64,000 bases of DNA from a bacterium (lineage in GTDB: Bacteria > Electryoneota > JAOADG01), in contig OY820579.1 of NCBI GenBank assembly GCA_963681965.1, forward strand, positions 2,272,001 to 2,336,000, read 5' to 3'. Below are positions 29,580 to 40,018 of the stretch, piece by piece; the stretch's first letter is position 1, and each line of letters opens with the position of its first letter. A program made the position numbers and the translations under genes. A model generated the notes under the pieces. That model was not told where the DNA came from. It saw only the letters and a list, made by a program, of their open reading frames with translations, and did no database searches.

Positions 29580-30872
29580 GGTAGCGGCGGAGTAAAAGAG
29601 GCCGTTTTTTTTTTGCGTAGGGGCGTATGGCATACGCCCGAAGCGGCAGGCAGCGCCTGACGCCGAGTATGTCTCCTGATATGTAAACAAGAGGAGTCGG
29701 AATAAATTCCGACCTACCGAAAAGAAGATGCACGCAGGTTTGGAGGTCTGCATCACCAACAGGATGGGAGTTGGGGGTTAGGAGTTGGGAATTTGGGGAA
29801 AAGATCGGTAGCGGCGGACTTTAGTCCGCTCTAAGTTCTGCTTTCTTTGTAGCCGCAGGCTTCATCCTGCGTTCTTGTATCTTTTTTGATCCTGTATCCT
29901 GCAGTGGGGTGACCCTCCGCGAACGCCCGCTCTTGTATCTTTTTTACCCCAATACCCACAACCTACCACCCACCACCCATTTTTCGTAGGGGCGTATGGC
30001 ATACGCCCGAAGCGGCAGGCAGTGCCTGACGCCGAGTATGTATCCTGATATGTGAACAAGAGGAGTCGGAATAAATTCCGACCTACGGAAAAGAAGATAC
30101 TCGCAGGCTCGGAGGCCTGCGCCACCAAAGACAAGACACAGGAGGTGGTCAGAACAAGTTCTGACCTACGGAAAAGAAGATGCACGCAGGTTTGGAGGTC
30201 TGCGCCACCATCAGGATGGGAGTTGGGGGTTAGGAGTTGGGAATTTGGGGAAAAGAGGGGTAGCGGCGGACTTTAGTCCGCTCTAAGTTCTGCTTTCTTT
30301 GTAGCCGCAGACTTCAGCCTGCGTTTTTTTTCTGATTATGACACAAGAGGAGTCGGAATAAATTCCGACCTACGGAAAAGAAGATACTCGCAGGCTCGGA
30401 TGTATGCACCACCAACAGGATGGGAGTTGGGGGTTAGGAGTTGGGAATTTGGGGAAAAGAGGGGTAGCGGCGGACTTTAGTCCGCTCTAAGTTCTGCTTT
30501 CTTTGTAGCCGCAGGCTTCAGCCTGCTTTTTTTTTCTGATTATGACACAAGAGGAGTCGGAATAAATTCCGACATACTTCCTGACACAGGAGGTGGTCAG
30601 AACAAGTTCTGACCTACGGAAAAGAAGATGCACGCAGGCTCGGAGGCCTGCGCCGCCAAAGACAAGACACAGGAGGTGGTCAGAACAAGTTCTGACCTAC
30701 CGCAACACGATCCTCCTATCACCCAATCTTTTTAGTAGGGGCGGACCCCCGTGTCCGCCCGCTCTCTTTTTTTTTATTCCCCAACGCCCACAACCTACCA
30801 TCCACCACCCATCTTGTAGCCCCCGCTGGCGGGGGTTGGGGGTGGTCGCGCCGGTAGGCGCGTGAGCGAAGC
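29580..30872. repeat. large mosaic REP array with internal duplications
   Basis: At least 7 hairpin families; block GGATGGGAGTTGGGGGTTAGGAGTTGGG..GTAGCGGCGGACTTTAGTCCGC occurs three times. Confidence 0.88.
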
Positions 30873-30899
30873 AAAAAAAACTCGCAATCAAGTTTTTCT

Positions 30900-31260
30900 T
30901 TAGAATCTTCTTTTTAGGACTCTAGAGTCCACTAAAAACTCTGGACTCGGAATCTTCTGTATCTTTCCTCGTTACCTCTAAAGATTCTTTATTTAGCTCG
31001 CAGTATGACTCTAGAGTAAAGACTCTAAAGAAGACTCTAGAGATAAAGACTCGGTTGATATTTTCATGTTGTTGTGAATACATCGGTTAGACGCGTTTTC
31101 TGAGTGATAAATTGGCATCATCGGTGGATAACTCCGATAATTCAATATAAATAATACACTTATCTAGAATTGTAATGTAAATGCTTCCGAGAGTCCGATT
31201 CCGGTTAGGATAATGTGGAGATTTTCGAATTTATATGTTTTGAATAATTAATGGATGCTT
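30900..31260. other. candidate chromosomal replication origin (oriC)
   Basis: Gene-strand switch; DnaA-box-like 9-mers at 31073, 31123, 31239 (one mismatch each); AT-rich; dense GANTC/TCTAGA cluster. Confidence 0.45.
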
Positions 31261-31301
31261 AAAATTGTATCGAATTTATTTTGCCGAAACAAAAATAACT
31301 C

Positions 31302-31330
31302 TTGACTTTTGCCTAAAAATGTATTATATT
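31302..31330 (+). promoter_or_regulatory. sigma70-type promoter
   Basis: TTGACT-17bp-TATATT upstream of the SSB-like gene. Confidence 0.55.
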
Positions 31331-31531
31331 ATATACAAGATGGGGAATAGGTGTTGGGTGATGGGGAGTGGGGAAAAGAAAAAAAACGATTAAAACTTCC
31401 ATTGGCACTGTGCATTCACATCATCAAACATCACCAACCATCCAACTCCGACGCTTACTGCTGCGATCTCTGACCAACAAAGACTCTTTTATAAAAAATC
31501 TCACCGTATCTTCCGCGAAAGGAATCCAACC

Positions 31532-31888
31532 ATGTCCGATATCAATGAATGGTGGCTGCAAGGGCGTATCGGCGCCATTTCACCGCTTATCCCCGATCGC
31601 AAAACCAGCTTCTGCAAAGTCACCCTCGTTACCTCCACCCGCATCGATCACCGCCAGAAAGACATCGAAGACTGGCATGAAATCATCATGGGTCATGATG
31701 TCGCGGAACAATTCCTTTCCGAAGCTGCTGTCGGGAAAAAAATACGCTGTAAGGGATATCTTCTTCGGCGTCGAATCAGACCTAAAAACTCCAACATATC
31801 TCCAGAGTCACAAATGATTGCGACTTGGTATTCTATCGACTGTGTGAAAAGGTTCAACGAGGCAAATCATATCAGATTCGTTGCCTAA
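31532..31888 (+). CDS. divergent single-stranded DNA-binding (SSB/PriB-like) OB-fold protein lacking an acidic tail
   Basis: IN...LQGRI, DWHEI, VGKKI...GYL pattern; RBS AAAGGA. Confidence 0.6.
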   Translation: MSDINEWWLQGRIGAISPLIPDRKTSFCKVTLVTSTRIDHRQKDIEDWHEIIMGHDVAEQFLSEAAVGKKIRCKGYLLRRRIRPKNSNISPESQMIATWYSIDCVKRFNEANHIRFVA

Positions 31889-32038
31889 TCGATCTCCAGT
31901 GACGAACACAAAATTTCTCAATTCAGTCGGATTTTGAGTTTCAGAGTGTTAAAAATGTGGTTATTATATAACACTACATTCTGCACTGCATCTTCGCCAA
32001 TCCCAACCGATCCATATTTGTTATTGATGAGGTTTATT

Positions 32039-33712
32039 ATGAAACTCAAGTTATATCTATTCGGAGCGATCGTTCTGCTCCTCTCCTTGGCGCTATTCGG
32101 TTGCAACAAGGAAGATTCGAAAACAACCGACAATGGCATTGACACAACCGCTGCGGCGGCAAAAGTCAATGAAGCGAATCATCAGTTGGAATTGACGTTA
32201 CAGTCGATTTTCTCCGGTCCGGAACCGGAACAGCCTTCCGACATCGATCTTTCGACACCATACGGTCTGTATATCCAAGCATTGGAAAAAGACCCGAACA
32301 ATAAAACCGCAAACTTCGGCGCCGCGATTTTGGAGATCGTGATGATCTCGCGCGAAGCGCGCACCAACCAACTATTCACGGCATGGCGCGATTTCGGCGA
32401 ACGCGACAGCATATTCGAAGTGGCTGCTCCGGCACTGTTTATGCGTAAACCGACAACCGTACAACCGGCACTCAAATTCGATGCGCTCGCGATGCCGTTA
32501 TTCCCATCGCTGCTGATGTTGAACAATCCAGCGCGAATTCAGGAACTTGCCGTCGTCGATCCGACTATCGCCGATCTGCAGAATTTCGCCGCCACATCGT
32601 TTTTACCGCGTATCAGCACTGCAATTTCGCGCTTGGAAGTCGTCACTCAGGATACCTCGTTCCGGTTTATCGTCACTGCGACTATGCAGAACGATACGCG
32701 CGCCGATCCAGTCATCCTCGATTTGACTGAAATCTATGCGACGCTTGCCGGACTGAATGCCATCAAGGCAATGTTCCTGATGTTCACCTCGTACAATCTG
32801 GATCCCGGTGGATTCACCGGCGCTGCCATGCAATCGGCGATGACGCGCAGCTCCAATTTCTTCGCGCTGACCTCGACCGGTTCCTCCAATATGCCGGCGG
32901 CACGCACTGCGTGGCTCACCGCGCTCGATCGCCTCAATACGGCGATCTATCGCTTGGAACACGAAACCGGAAATCAGAGCCAACACTTGCTCAAGATCGC
33001 CGAACAGGATGGCGTCAAACGTAGCGAACTCGACTCGATCAAACTCTATTTGCCGAAGGTTCGCACTACATTCGAAACTTCGCAATTGTGGAATGTGAAA
33101 GTCCACTCCGGCGAAACGCACCACTTCGAAGATGTCCGCTTTTCGCTGAATTCGGTCTTTACCAGCCCGATTCAGAACATAAAGACACTCTTCCCGATGT
33201 ACGATGTCGTAATGGATACCGTCGAATATCATCGATCGACTTGGATCGAGGATACGGTCGTCGCGACTGTCAGTTTCAACGGACAGCTCTATTGGAATCG
33301 CAGTGTAACGTATCGCAACGGCGTTGCCAGCAACCAGAATTCCTATCAATCGATGGGTGTTCCCGCATTCGATACCTATTGGAACAACAAGATCGCATTG
33401 TACCGGAATAAACCGCAAGCGGAACTCCACATGTGGTGTAATGCTTACTTCAGTGCTTCCGGGTCGCACACGATCAAGGCACAATTCGAAGTCGATTATT
33501 ACGATATCCACTATCGGACACAGCCGATCATCACTTGGGCAGACACCTCGTTTGCAACGTGGCATATTCCCGATCCGACCATGGGCGGGCTATTGCCGGG
33601 TATGACCGACAGTGAAATGAAACGATTGATGGATATGCAGGCATCCGATTGGACGCGAACCATGACGATGCATTTCTGGGATGACGAAGCCGATTCGTCG
33701 TCTGCGCGGTAA
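32039..33712 (+). CDS. hypothetical lipoprotein
   Basis: Lipobox LFGC after a hydrophobic signal; TPR-like ALEKDPNNKTANFGAA; RBS GAGG. Confidence 0.75.
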   Translation: MKLKLYLFGAIVLLLSLALFGCNKEDSKTTDNGIDTTAAAAKVNEANHQLELTLQSIFSGPEPEQPSDIDLSTPYGLYIQALEKDPNNKTANFGAAILEIVMISREARTNQLFTAWRDFGERDSIFEVAAPALFMRKPTTVQPALKFDALAMPLFPSLLMLNNPARIQELAVVDPTIADLQNFAATSFLPRISTAISRLEVVTQDTSFRFIVTATMQNDTRADPVILDLTEIYATLAGLNAIKAMFLMFTSYNLDPGGFTGAAMQSAMTRSSNFFALTSTGSSNMPAARTAWLTALDRLNTAIYRLEHETGNQSQHLLKIAEQDGVKRSELDSIKLYLPKVRTTFETSQLWNVKVHSGETHHFEDVRFSLNSVFTSPIQNIKTLFPMYDVVMDTVEYHRSTWIEDTVVATVSFNGQLYWNRSVTYRNGVASNQNSYQSMGVPAFDTYWNNKIALYRNKPQAELHMWCNAYFSASGSHTIKAQFEVDYYDIHYRTQPIITWADTSFATWHIPDPTMGGLLPGMTDSEMKRLMDMQASDWTRTMTMHFWDDEADSSSAR

Positions 33713-35217
33713 TGCTCCAATTATTTCTGTTCGTTATGGCGACTCTGTTGATTTTCGGCAGAGTCGCCGTTGCTCTTCCGGTCGAGCTATCGGATCGATT
33801 GGTCGATTGGCATAGCCGCGAGCATTCGATGTCGTTTGCTCCGGTCAACGATTCCGCTTACATCGGTGTGACCTTCTCGGGAAAGTATTGCGACTGGTAT
33901 CGCACCGGGGGAATGGAGCAGGCGAATGCGTCATTCTCACGACAATTCTCCAGCAGCGCTTGGATGATCTATCCCAAACCAGTACCATGGCGTCTTTCTG
34001 CTGAACGATTCACATCCTTCACTCGCCTCAATCCAAAATTATCCGGAAATCCCGGATCGCTTCGCTCGATCGACGATGGCACCGGTATGAGTCTCAAAGT
34101 GCAGCCACTCTCATACTTGCAAGTGCAATCGCAGTTCCGATCGAATCATCGCGACTATGACGATCTCGGATTCAGTCTGCGTGGTTCTGTGCCGCGATAT
34201 GGCAGTGCCATAATCGGTTGGTCGCGTCTGACCGATCGCTCGGCGATTGCATTGGAGTGGGAAGGAAATCCTGCTGCGGTCGATCTGCATGTGTTGCAGG
34301 AGGGAATGACGGCGGGACTGATCACGAGCAAACGATTCGGTTTCCAAGTTGCAGCGGAAGGACGCAAAGCAAATTTGATTCGCAGTGAAGAGAATCCGAC
34401 GACACCGACCTATTCACCGTGGGGCAGTCTCGAATCGTATCGACTGGCGATGACGCATTACGACCGAAGCCGCTCGGTCACAGTCGGGGTGCGCGGCTGG
34501 AAAATGAATGCGATGGCGTACGGGATGCAGTACGATCTGACATTCTCGAAATTGACGTATCTCGATTTCCAGCATCACGGGGCATTTGGGAGTTATCACT
34601 ATCGCACCAACTGTGGTTCGGAAGTCGATTTCGGTGCCGAGTATATGCACTTCGAAGGGTATTCCCGGGGACATGTCGAATTCTATCCGTTCGTCTCGGG
34701 TTGGGTCTGGCTGCTCGGTTCGCGACGATTGTACATCGCGGATGCTGCCGGTTATCTCTGGCATTATCGATTTTCGGCACAGAAGAGTTTGAAGCTGCCG
34801 CGATTGCGGTACGGGCTTGCCGTCGATTTCTACGATGTTTGTCTCGATGGCTATTACAGCGATTGGCGACCCGCATTTTTAGTATTTGGCGTAGCCGATT
34901 TTCAGTCGGGACGGATCGCATTGCAGCGGGCGCAATTAGGGAAGCTGACTTTTTCGATTTCGGAATCATTTGAAACGGGATTCTCATTTCGCTATGAATT
35001 CCAACAACTATTTCCGATTCATACCACCAACCGTGCAAGTCCGACGGGTATTGCGACGGGACCGAGCAAATCAACTTCCGCGACGACCCGATCGTATGGC
35101 GGTGCCATTCACACACTCACCTTATCTCAAACCTTCGAACTGTTCCCTACCGAACAACCAGCCGAGCAGAAACCGATGAAGAGTAAAATGCGGATGCCGT
35201 ATAGGAAGAAAAAATAG
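33712..35217 (+). CDS. hypothetical exported protein, probable outer-membrane beta-barrel
   Basis: TAATG coupling to the lipoprotein; signal peptide; aromatic, alternating beta-strand pattern. Confidence 0.6.
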   Translation: MLQLFLFVMATLLIFGRVAVALPVELSDRLVDWHSREHSMSFAPVNDSAYIGVTFSGKYCDWYRTGGMEQANASFSRQFSSSAWMIYPKPVPWRLSAERFTSFTRLNPKLSGNPGSLRSIDDGTGMSLKVQPLSYLQVQSQFRSNHRDYDDLGFSLRGSVPRYGSAIIGWSRLTDRSAIALEWEGNPAAVDLHVLQEGMTAGLITSKRFGFQVAAEGRKANLIRSEENPTTPTYSPWGSLESYRLAMTHYDRSRSVTVGVRGWKMNAMAYGMQYDLTFSKLTYLDFQHHGAFGSYHYRTNCGSEVDFGAEYMHFEGYSRGHVEFYPFVSGWVWLLGSRRLYIADAAGYLWHYRFSAQKSLKLPRLRYGLAVDFYDVCLDGYYSDWRPAFLVFGVADFQSGRIALQRAQLGKLTFSISESFETGFSFRYEFQQLFPIHTTNRASPTGIATGPSKSTSATTRSYGGAIHTLTLSQTFELFPTEQPAEQKPMKSKMRMPYRKKK

Positions 35218-35271
35218 TGCTTTGTACGTGGTGCTTGGTGTTGAATGATTGGTGGTTGGGATCGTATTGCT

Positions 35272-36168
35272 GTAGGTCGGAACTTGTTCTGACCACCTCC
35301 TGTGTCTTGTCTTTAGTGGTGCAGGCTCGGAGGTTTGTGCCCTTTGAATTCGGAGGTAAGGCTTCAGCCTGACAATTCTGTACAGTAGCGGCGGACTTTA
35401 GTCCGCGTATTTATCATCGTAGCCGCAGGCTTCAGACTGCGCTATTTTTTTGAATATAGTAGGGGCGACCCTCCGCGGTCGCCCGCATCTTTTTAGGACA
35501 CAAGAGGAGTCGGAATAAATTCCGACCTACGGAAAAGATCGGTGGTGGGGAATGGGTGGTAGGTGTTGGGAAAAGAAAAAAATACAAGAAGTGGTCAGAA
35601 CAAGTTCTGACCTACGGAAAAGAAGATGCTCGCTGGATTTGAGGTTTGTGCCCTTTGAATTCGGAGGTAAGGCTTCAGCCTGACAATTCTGTACGGTAGC
35701 GGCGGACTTTAGTCCGCGTATTTATCATCGTAGCCGCAGGCTTCAGACTGCGTTTTTTTGTTGAATCTTGTATCTTGTAGTAGGGGCGACCCTTCGCGGT
35801 CGCCCGCATCTTTTTAGGACACAAGAGGAGTCGGAATAAATTCCGACCTACGGAAAAGATCGGTGGTGGGGAATGGGTGGTAGGTGTTGGGAAAAGAAAA
35901 AAATACAAGAAGTGGTCAGAACAAGTTCTGACCTACGGAAAAGAAGATGCTCGCTGGATTTGAGGTTTGTGCCCTTTGAATTCGGAGGTAAGGCTTCAGC
36001 CTGACAATTCTGTACGGTAGCGGCGGACTTTAGTCCGCGTATTTATCATCGTAGCCGCAGGCTTCAGACTGCGCTTTTTTGTTGAATCTTGTATCTTGTA
36101 GTAGGGGCGACCCTCCGCGGTCGCCCGCATCTTTTTAGGACACAAGAGGAGTCGGAATAAATTCCGAC
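35272..36168. repeat. mosaic REP array, about 311-321 bp unit repeated about 2.6 times
   Basis: AGGTTTGTGCCCTTTGAATTCGGAGG at 35331, 35642, 35963. Confidence 0.88.
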
Positions 36169-36368
36169 AAGCTTCCCTATGTACTAATCCCTGATAAAAC
36201 AATAGTATTGTAATATTGAAATCTTTTTGAAATCTGAAAATAATCTATTGCATTCTATTCGATCTGTTGCTACGTTATACTATACTATCAAACCAATCCG
36301 TAATCATTTCACCTGATTTTTCCGCCGATATTTTAATCTGTTGGATGTTTATTTGCCGTGGAGCTACG

Positions 36369-38477
36369 ATGAAATCCGACAACAAAAATCTTGCCTCTGT
36401 AGTATTTCTCCTATTCGTGATCAGTCTGCCGTTGACCGGCTTCGCACAAGGGTGGAATCGCTTTGTGATGAATCGTTCGATCGATCAAATCACATCGGTA
36501 AAATTCTTCGGTACCAATTCCGGTTGTATCGTCGGTAAAGAGGGCGTGATATACTATTCCTCCAATGGCGGTATCAGTTGGGAATCGCGGTATTGCGGAT
36601 CGCACGTCAATCTTACCGGTGTGACCATGACGAGCGACAATGCAATATACTGTATTGGTGACAATGGATTGATTAAGTATTCTTCCAACCGAGGCATGGT
36701 GTGGCAAAGTCAATCCAGTGGAATTTCCGATCAATTGAATGGGATTGATTTCGTAAATGGATTCACTGGTTGGATTGTCGGATCGAATGGACGGATTCTT
36801 CATACTTCCTCCGGCGGTTCGCTCTGGCAAATCCAAAATTCCGGTGTCGATCGCAATCTTCACGGACTCAGTTTTGCGAATAGTTCGGTAGGATTGATTG
36901 TCGGCGATTCCGGAACCATTCTCTCGACCATCGACGGTGGCGCCGAGTGGACTGCACGCAACAGTGGTACCACTACGCAACTCAACGGAGTGACTTTTTT
37001 CGGAACAACTCACGGTTGGGCTGTCGGGCAAAACGGTACGATCCTATATACTTCCAATGGCGGAGTCAATTGGACACCGCAGCAAAGTGGCGCGACTATT
37101 GAATTAACTGCCGTCTTTGCGAACAATTTAAATAGCTGCTGGGCAACTGCCATCGATGGTTCGCTATACAAAACCACTGATGCGGGTGTGCATTGGAATC
37201 GCTATGTACCACCGGTATTGTATGCATTGCTGGGATTATATTTTAACAATATTCAGGAAGGATGGGCAGTAGGGGATAGTTGCACGATTTTACACACGAC
37301 CAACGGCGGACTCGTATGGCAACAGTATACGATCGGGGCGACCGAGGATTTAAAACGGATTCAGTTCCTTGATCGCGATTACGGCTGGGGTGTCGGAGCA
37401 AATGGCAAAGTTGCCTACACCACAAATGGCGGTGCGCGATGGCAATTTCAATTCAGTACGACCTCCGATGAACTCATCGATCTGTCATTTCCCGATTGTC
37501 AGCACGGGTGGGCGATTAGTATGGAACGCGCGCTGACCCACACTACCGATGGAGGTGCGACTTGGAATAGTCAATCCAGCGCTGCATCGATGTTGACACT
37601 GACAGTGAGTTTTGCCGATTCCCTGCACGGTTGGATCATGGGATGGCTGGGTTTTATCTGTCATACGAACGATGGCGGTGTTACCTGGACGATGCAACGA
37701 CAGAACTCACCGGGGTGTTGTATCTATGGATCGTGTTGTCTCGATTCGAATATTGCATGGGGCTGTTCGGAAGAGGGTGAGATCTCGTGTACAGTCGATG
37801 GCGGTTCGACTTGGAGTGTGCACAGTCTCCCGGTATATGCCTGGTTGAACGATATCACTTTTGTCGATCCCCGACACGGTTGGACCATCGGTGAAGGGGG
37901 AGTGATTTATCGCTCGAATGATGGCGGGGTGACTTGGAGCCTTCAAGGCAGCAATACGAATGTTAAATTAAACAAGCTGGTATTCCTCGACACACTCAAC
38001 GGTTGGATCGTCGGAAATCAGGGAACGATTCTCCACACTACCGATGGTGGTAATATCTGGACCAATCAGCCCAGTGGTTACACCGGAAATTTGCGCGACG
38101 TGTCCTTCACCAATCGGGCTAGTGGCTGGATTGTCTGCGACTCCAGTGTAATCTTGCATACCAGCAATGGCGGGATAACCTACGTTACCGCGACACCTAC
38201 GCGATCGCTTCCATCGCAGATAACACTTCATCCAAACTATCCGAATCCATTCAATGCTACGACAGTGATCTCCTATGCGTTGCCGCAAACGGGAATGGTC
38301 GATCTCGCGATTTTCGATTTGCAAGGGCGCGCAGTGCAATCGTTGTATCAGGGCAAATTGAATGCAGGTGAGTACCGCGTAACCTTCGATGGTAAGAATC
38401 TCGCTTCAGGAACTTATTTTGTAAGGTTGCAGATCGGTATGTCAGTGCGAACACAGAAGATCGTGTTGTTGAAGTAG
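36369..38477 (+). CDS. YCF48/BNR-repeat beta-propeller protein with T9SS-type C-terminal domain
   Basis: Repeated GW.VG..G.IL.T.DGG..W; YPNPFN...KIVLLK C-terminus; signal peptide. Confidence 0.88.
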   Translation: MKSDNKNLASVVFLLFVISLPLTGFAQGWNRFVMNRSIDQITSVKFFGTNSGCIVGKEGVIYYSSNGGISWESRYCGSHVNLTGVTMTSDNAIYCIGDNGLIKYSSNRGMVWQSQSSGISDQLNGIDFVNGFTGWIVGSNGRILHTSSGGSLWQIQNSGVDRNLHGLSFANSSVGLIVGDSGTILSTIDGGAEWTARNSGTTTQLNGVTFFGTTHGWAVGQNGTILYTSNGGVNWTPQQSGATIELTAVFANNLNSCWATAIDGSLYKTTDAGVHWNRYVPPVLYALLGLYFNNIQEGWAVGDSCTILHTTNGGLVWQQYTIGATEDLKRIQFLDRDYGWGVGANGKVAYTTNGGARWQFQFSTTSDELIDLSFPDCQHGWAISMERALTHTTDGGATWNSQSSAASMLTLTVSFADSLHGWIMGWLGFICHTNDGGVTWTMQRQNSPGCCIYGSCCLDSNIAWGCSEEGEISCTVDGGSTWSVHSLPVYAWLNDITFVDPRHGWTIGEGGVIYRSNDGGVTWSLQGSNTNVKLNKLVFLDTLNGWIVGNQGTILHTTDGGNIWTNQPSGYTGNLRDVSFTNRASGWIVCDSSVILHTSNGGITYVTATPTRSLPSQITLHPNYPNPFNATTVISYALPQTGMVDLAIFDLQGRAVQSLYQGKLNAGEYRVTFDGKNLASGTYFVRLQIGMSVRTQKIVLLK

Positions 38478-38519
38478 TTCATAATATGAAGTAAATGATC
38501 CGTTCGCGTATTTTTTTCC

Positions 38520-39500
38520 GAAGGGGCGTATGGCATACGCCCTTTTTTTGTCGCCGCAGGCTTTAGCCTGCGTTTTCTTTTCTTGAATTTTCTATCCTGC
38601 ATTAAGGGTGTTCCTCCGCGTCCGCTCGATCTTGTAATTTTTTTGGTAGCGGCGGACTTTAGTCCGCATATTGTTTTATTATGATTTTACAAGAATGGCG
38701 GACTGAAGTCCGCCGCTACCGAAAGAAAATCGAGATTGCTTCGTCTCTTCGGGCGCACTAGGTTGCGCCCTTCGATCCTCGCAACGACAAATCAGGATAC
38801 AGAATGCAGAAAGATACAAGGGGCGTTCCTCCGCGTCCGCCCGTATCTTGTAAGAGATGTACAACTTTGAATTTATTCTCGAGATTCTTGGAAATAATTT
38901 TCGATTGTAATTCCAGATACGTTTGCGCATCTTGACCGGACACGGGCAGACGCGTAAGAACGCCCAACCTTAAAGATAAGTCGGAATAGCTTCCGACCGA
39001 CGAAAAAAATGGGTGGTAGGTGTTAGGAAAAGATTAAAAAAGATACAAGAACGCAGGCTCGGAGGCCTGCGCCACCGAAAAGATGGGTGATGGGGAATGG
39101 GTAGTAGGTGATAGGAAAAGATGAAAAATACAAGAAGTGGTCAGAACAAGTTCTGACCTACGGAAAGGAAGATGCTAGCAAGCTCGGAGATCAGTGCCCT
39201 TTGTATTCTGAGGTTAGGCTTCAACCTGACAATTCTCTATGGTAGCGGCGGACTTTAGTCCGCGTATTTTTCCAAAGTATCCGCAGGATTTAGCCTGCGT
39301 TAATTCTTTCTTTGCATCTTGTATCCTGAAGTAGGGTGGCATCCCCGCATGCCCCCGTTCATTTTTGGACACAAGAGGAGTCGGAATAAATTCCGACCCA
39401 CCGAAAAGATGGGTGATGGGGAATGGGTAGTAGGTGATGGGAAAAATAAAAAAAATACAAGAAGTGGTCAGAACAAGTTCTGACCTACGGAAAGGAAGCA
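38520..39500. repeat. mosaic REP array
   Basis: Multiple hairpin families with shared linkers. Confidence 0.85.
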
Positions 39501-39565
39501 AATCGCAGGAAGCTCGAAACCGCTAAAGTTATCTATTTAATAAATAACAGGATAAATCGATATAC

Positions 39566-39609
39566 TTGACTCGGTGTTAGTATTATTCTATATTTCGATA
39601 TATGTCGAA
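39566..39609 (+). promoter_or_regulatory. sigma70 promoter with inverted-repeat operator over the arsR start
   Basis: TTGACT(39566)-17bp-TATATT(39589); TTCGA-N6-TCGAA at 39594-39609 overlaps the ATG at 39602. Confidence 0.6.
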
Positions 39610-40018
39610 CTATCGTAATCTTCCCGTCGAGCAGCTCGCTGCTCTCTTTAAAGCACTGTCCAATCCACAGCGACTCCAGATCTTCCTCAATGTCCTAGAT
39701 TGCTTTGAGGAATGCGGTTGCTGCGAAACGACTGTCGATGAAACCCGCTGCTGTGTCGGCGATGTCGGAACTGGACTGGATCTCGCGGCATCCACCATCT
39801 CGCATCACATCAAGGAACTGCGTCAAGCCGGTCTGCTGAAACTGAAGCGGCGCGGTCAGCGCATCGAGTGCTGGATCGAACCGAATGCGACGCGCGAGAT
39901 CGCACAATTTGTCGAATTGGTGCTCAGCAAATGCGTACGTCCGGAGCTGTGTTGCCCCGACGCAGCCGGCACAAGCTGTACACCTGCACAACCGCCTGAG
40001 GAGGGTACATCGAAATGA
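39602..40018 (+). CDS. ArsR/SmtB family transcriptional regulator, Cys-rich
   Basis: FKALSNPQRLQI, STISHHIKELRQAGL; several CC/CxC motifs. Confidence 0.92.
   Translation: MSNYRNLPVEQLAALFKALSNPQRLQIFLNVLDCFEECGCCETTVDETRCCVGDVGTGLDLAASTISHHIKELRQAGLLKLKRRGQRIECWIEPNATREIAQFVELVLSKCVRPELCCPDAAGTSCTPAQPPEEGTSK

Noticed and set aside
29541-30891. Short ORFs in REP arrays (also at 35.6-36.2, 41.8-42.6, 43.9-44.6, 59.3-59.8 and 62.0-62.6 kb)
   Set aside because: Recurrent peptides such as VGRNLFRLL and GLKSAAT are translations of repeats, not genes
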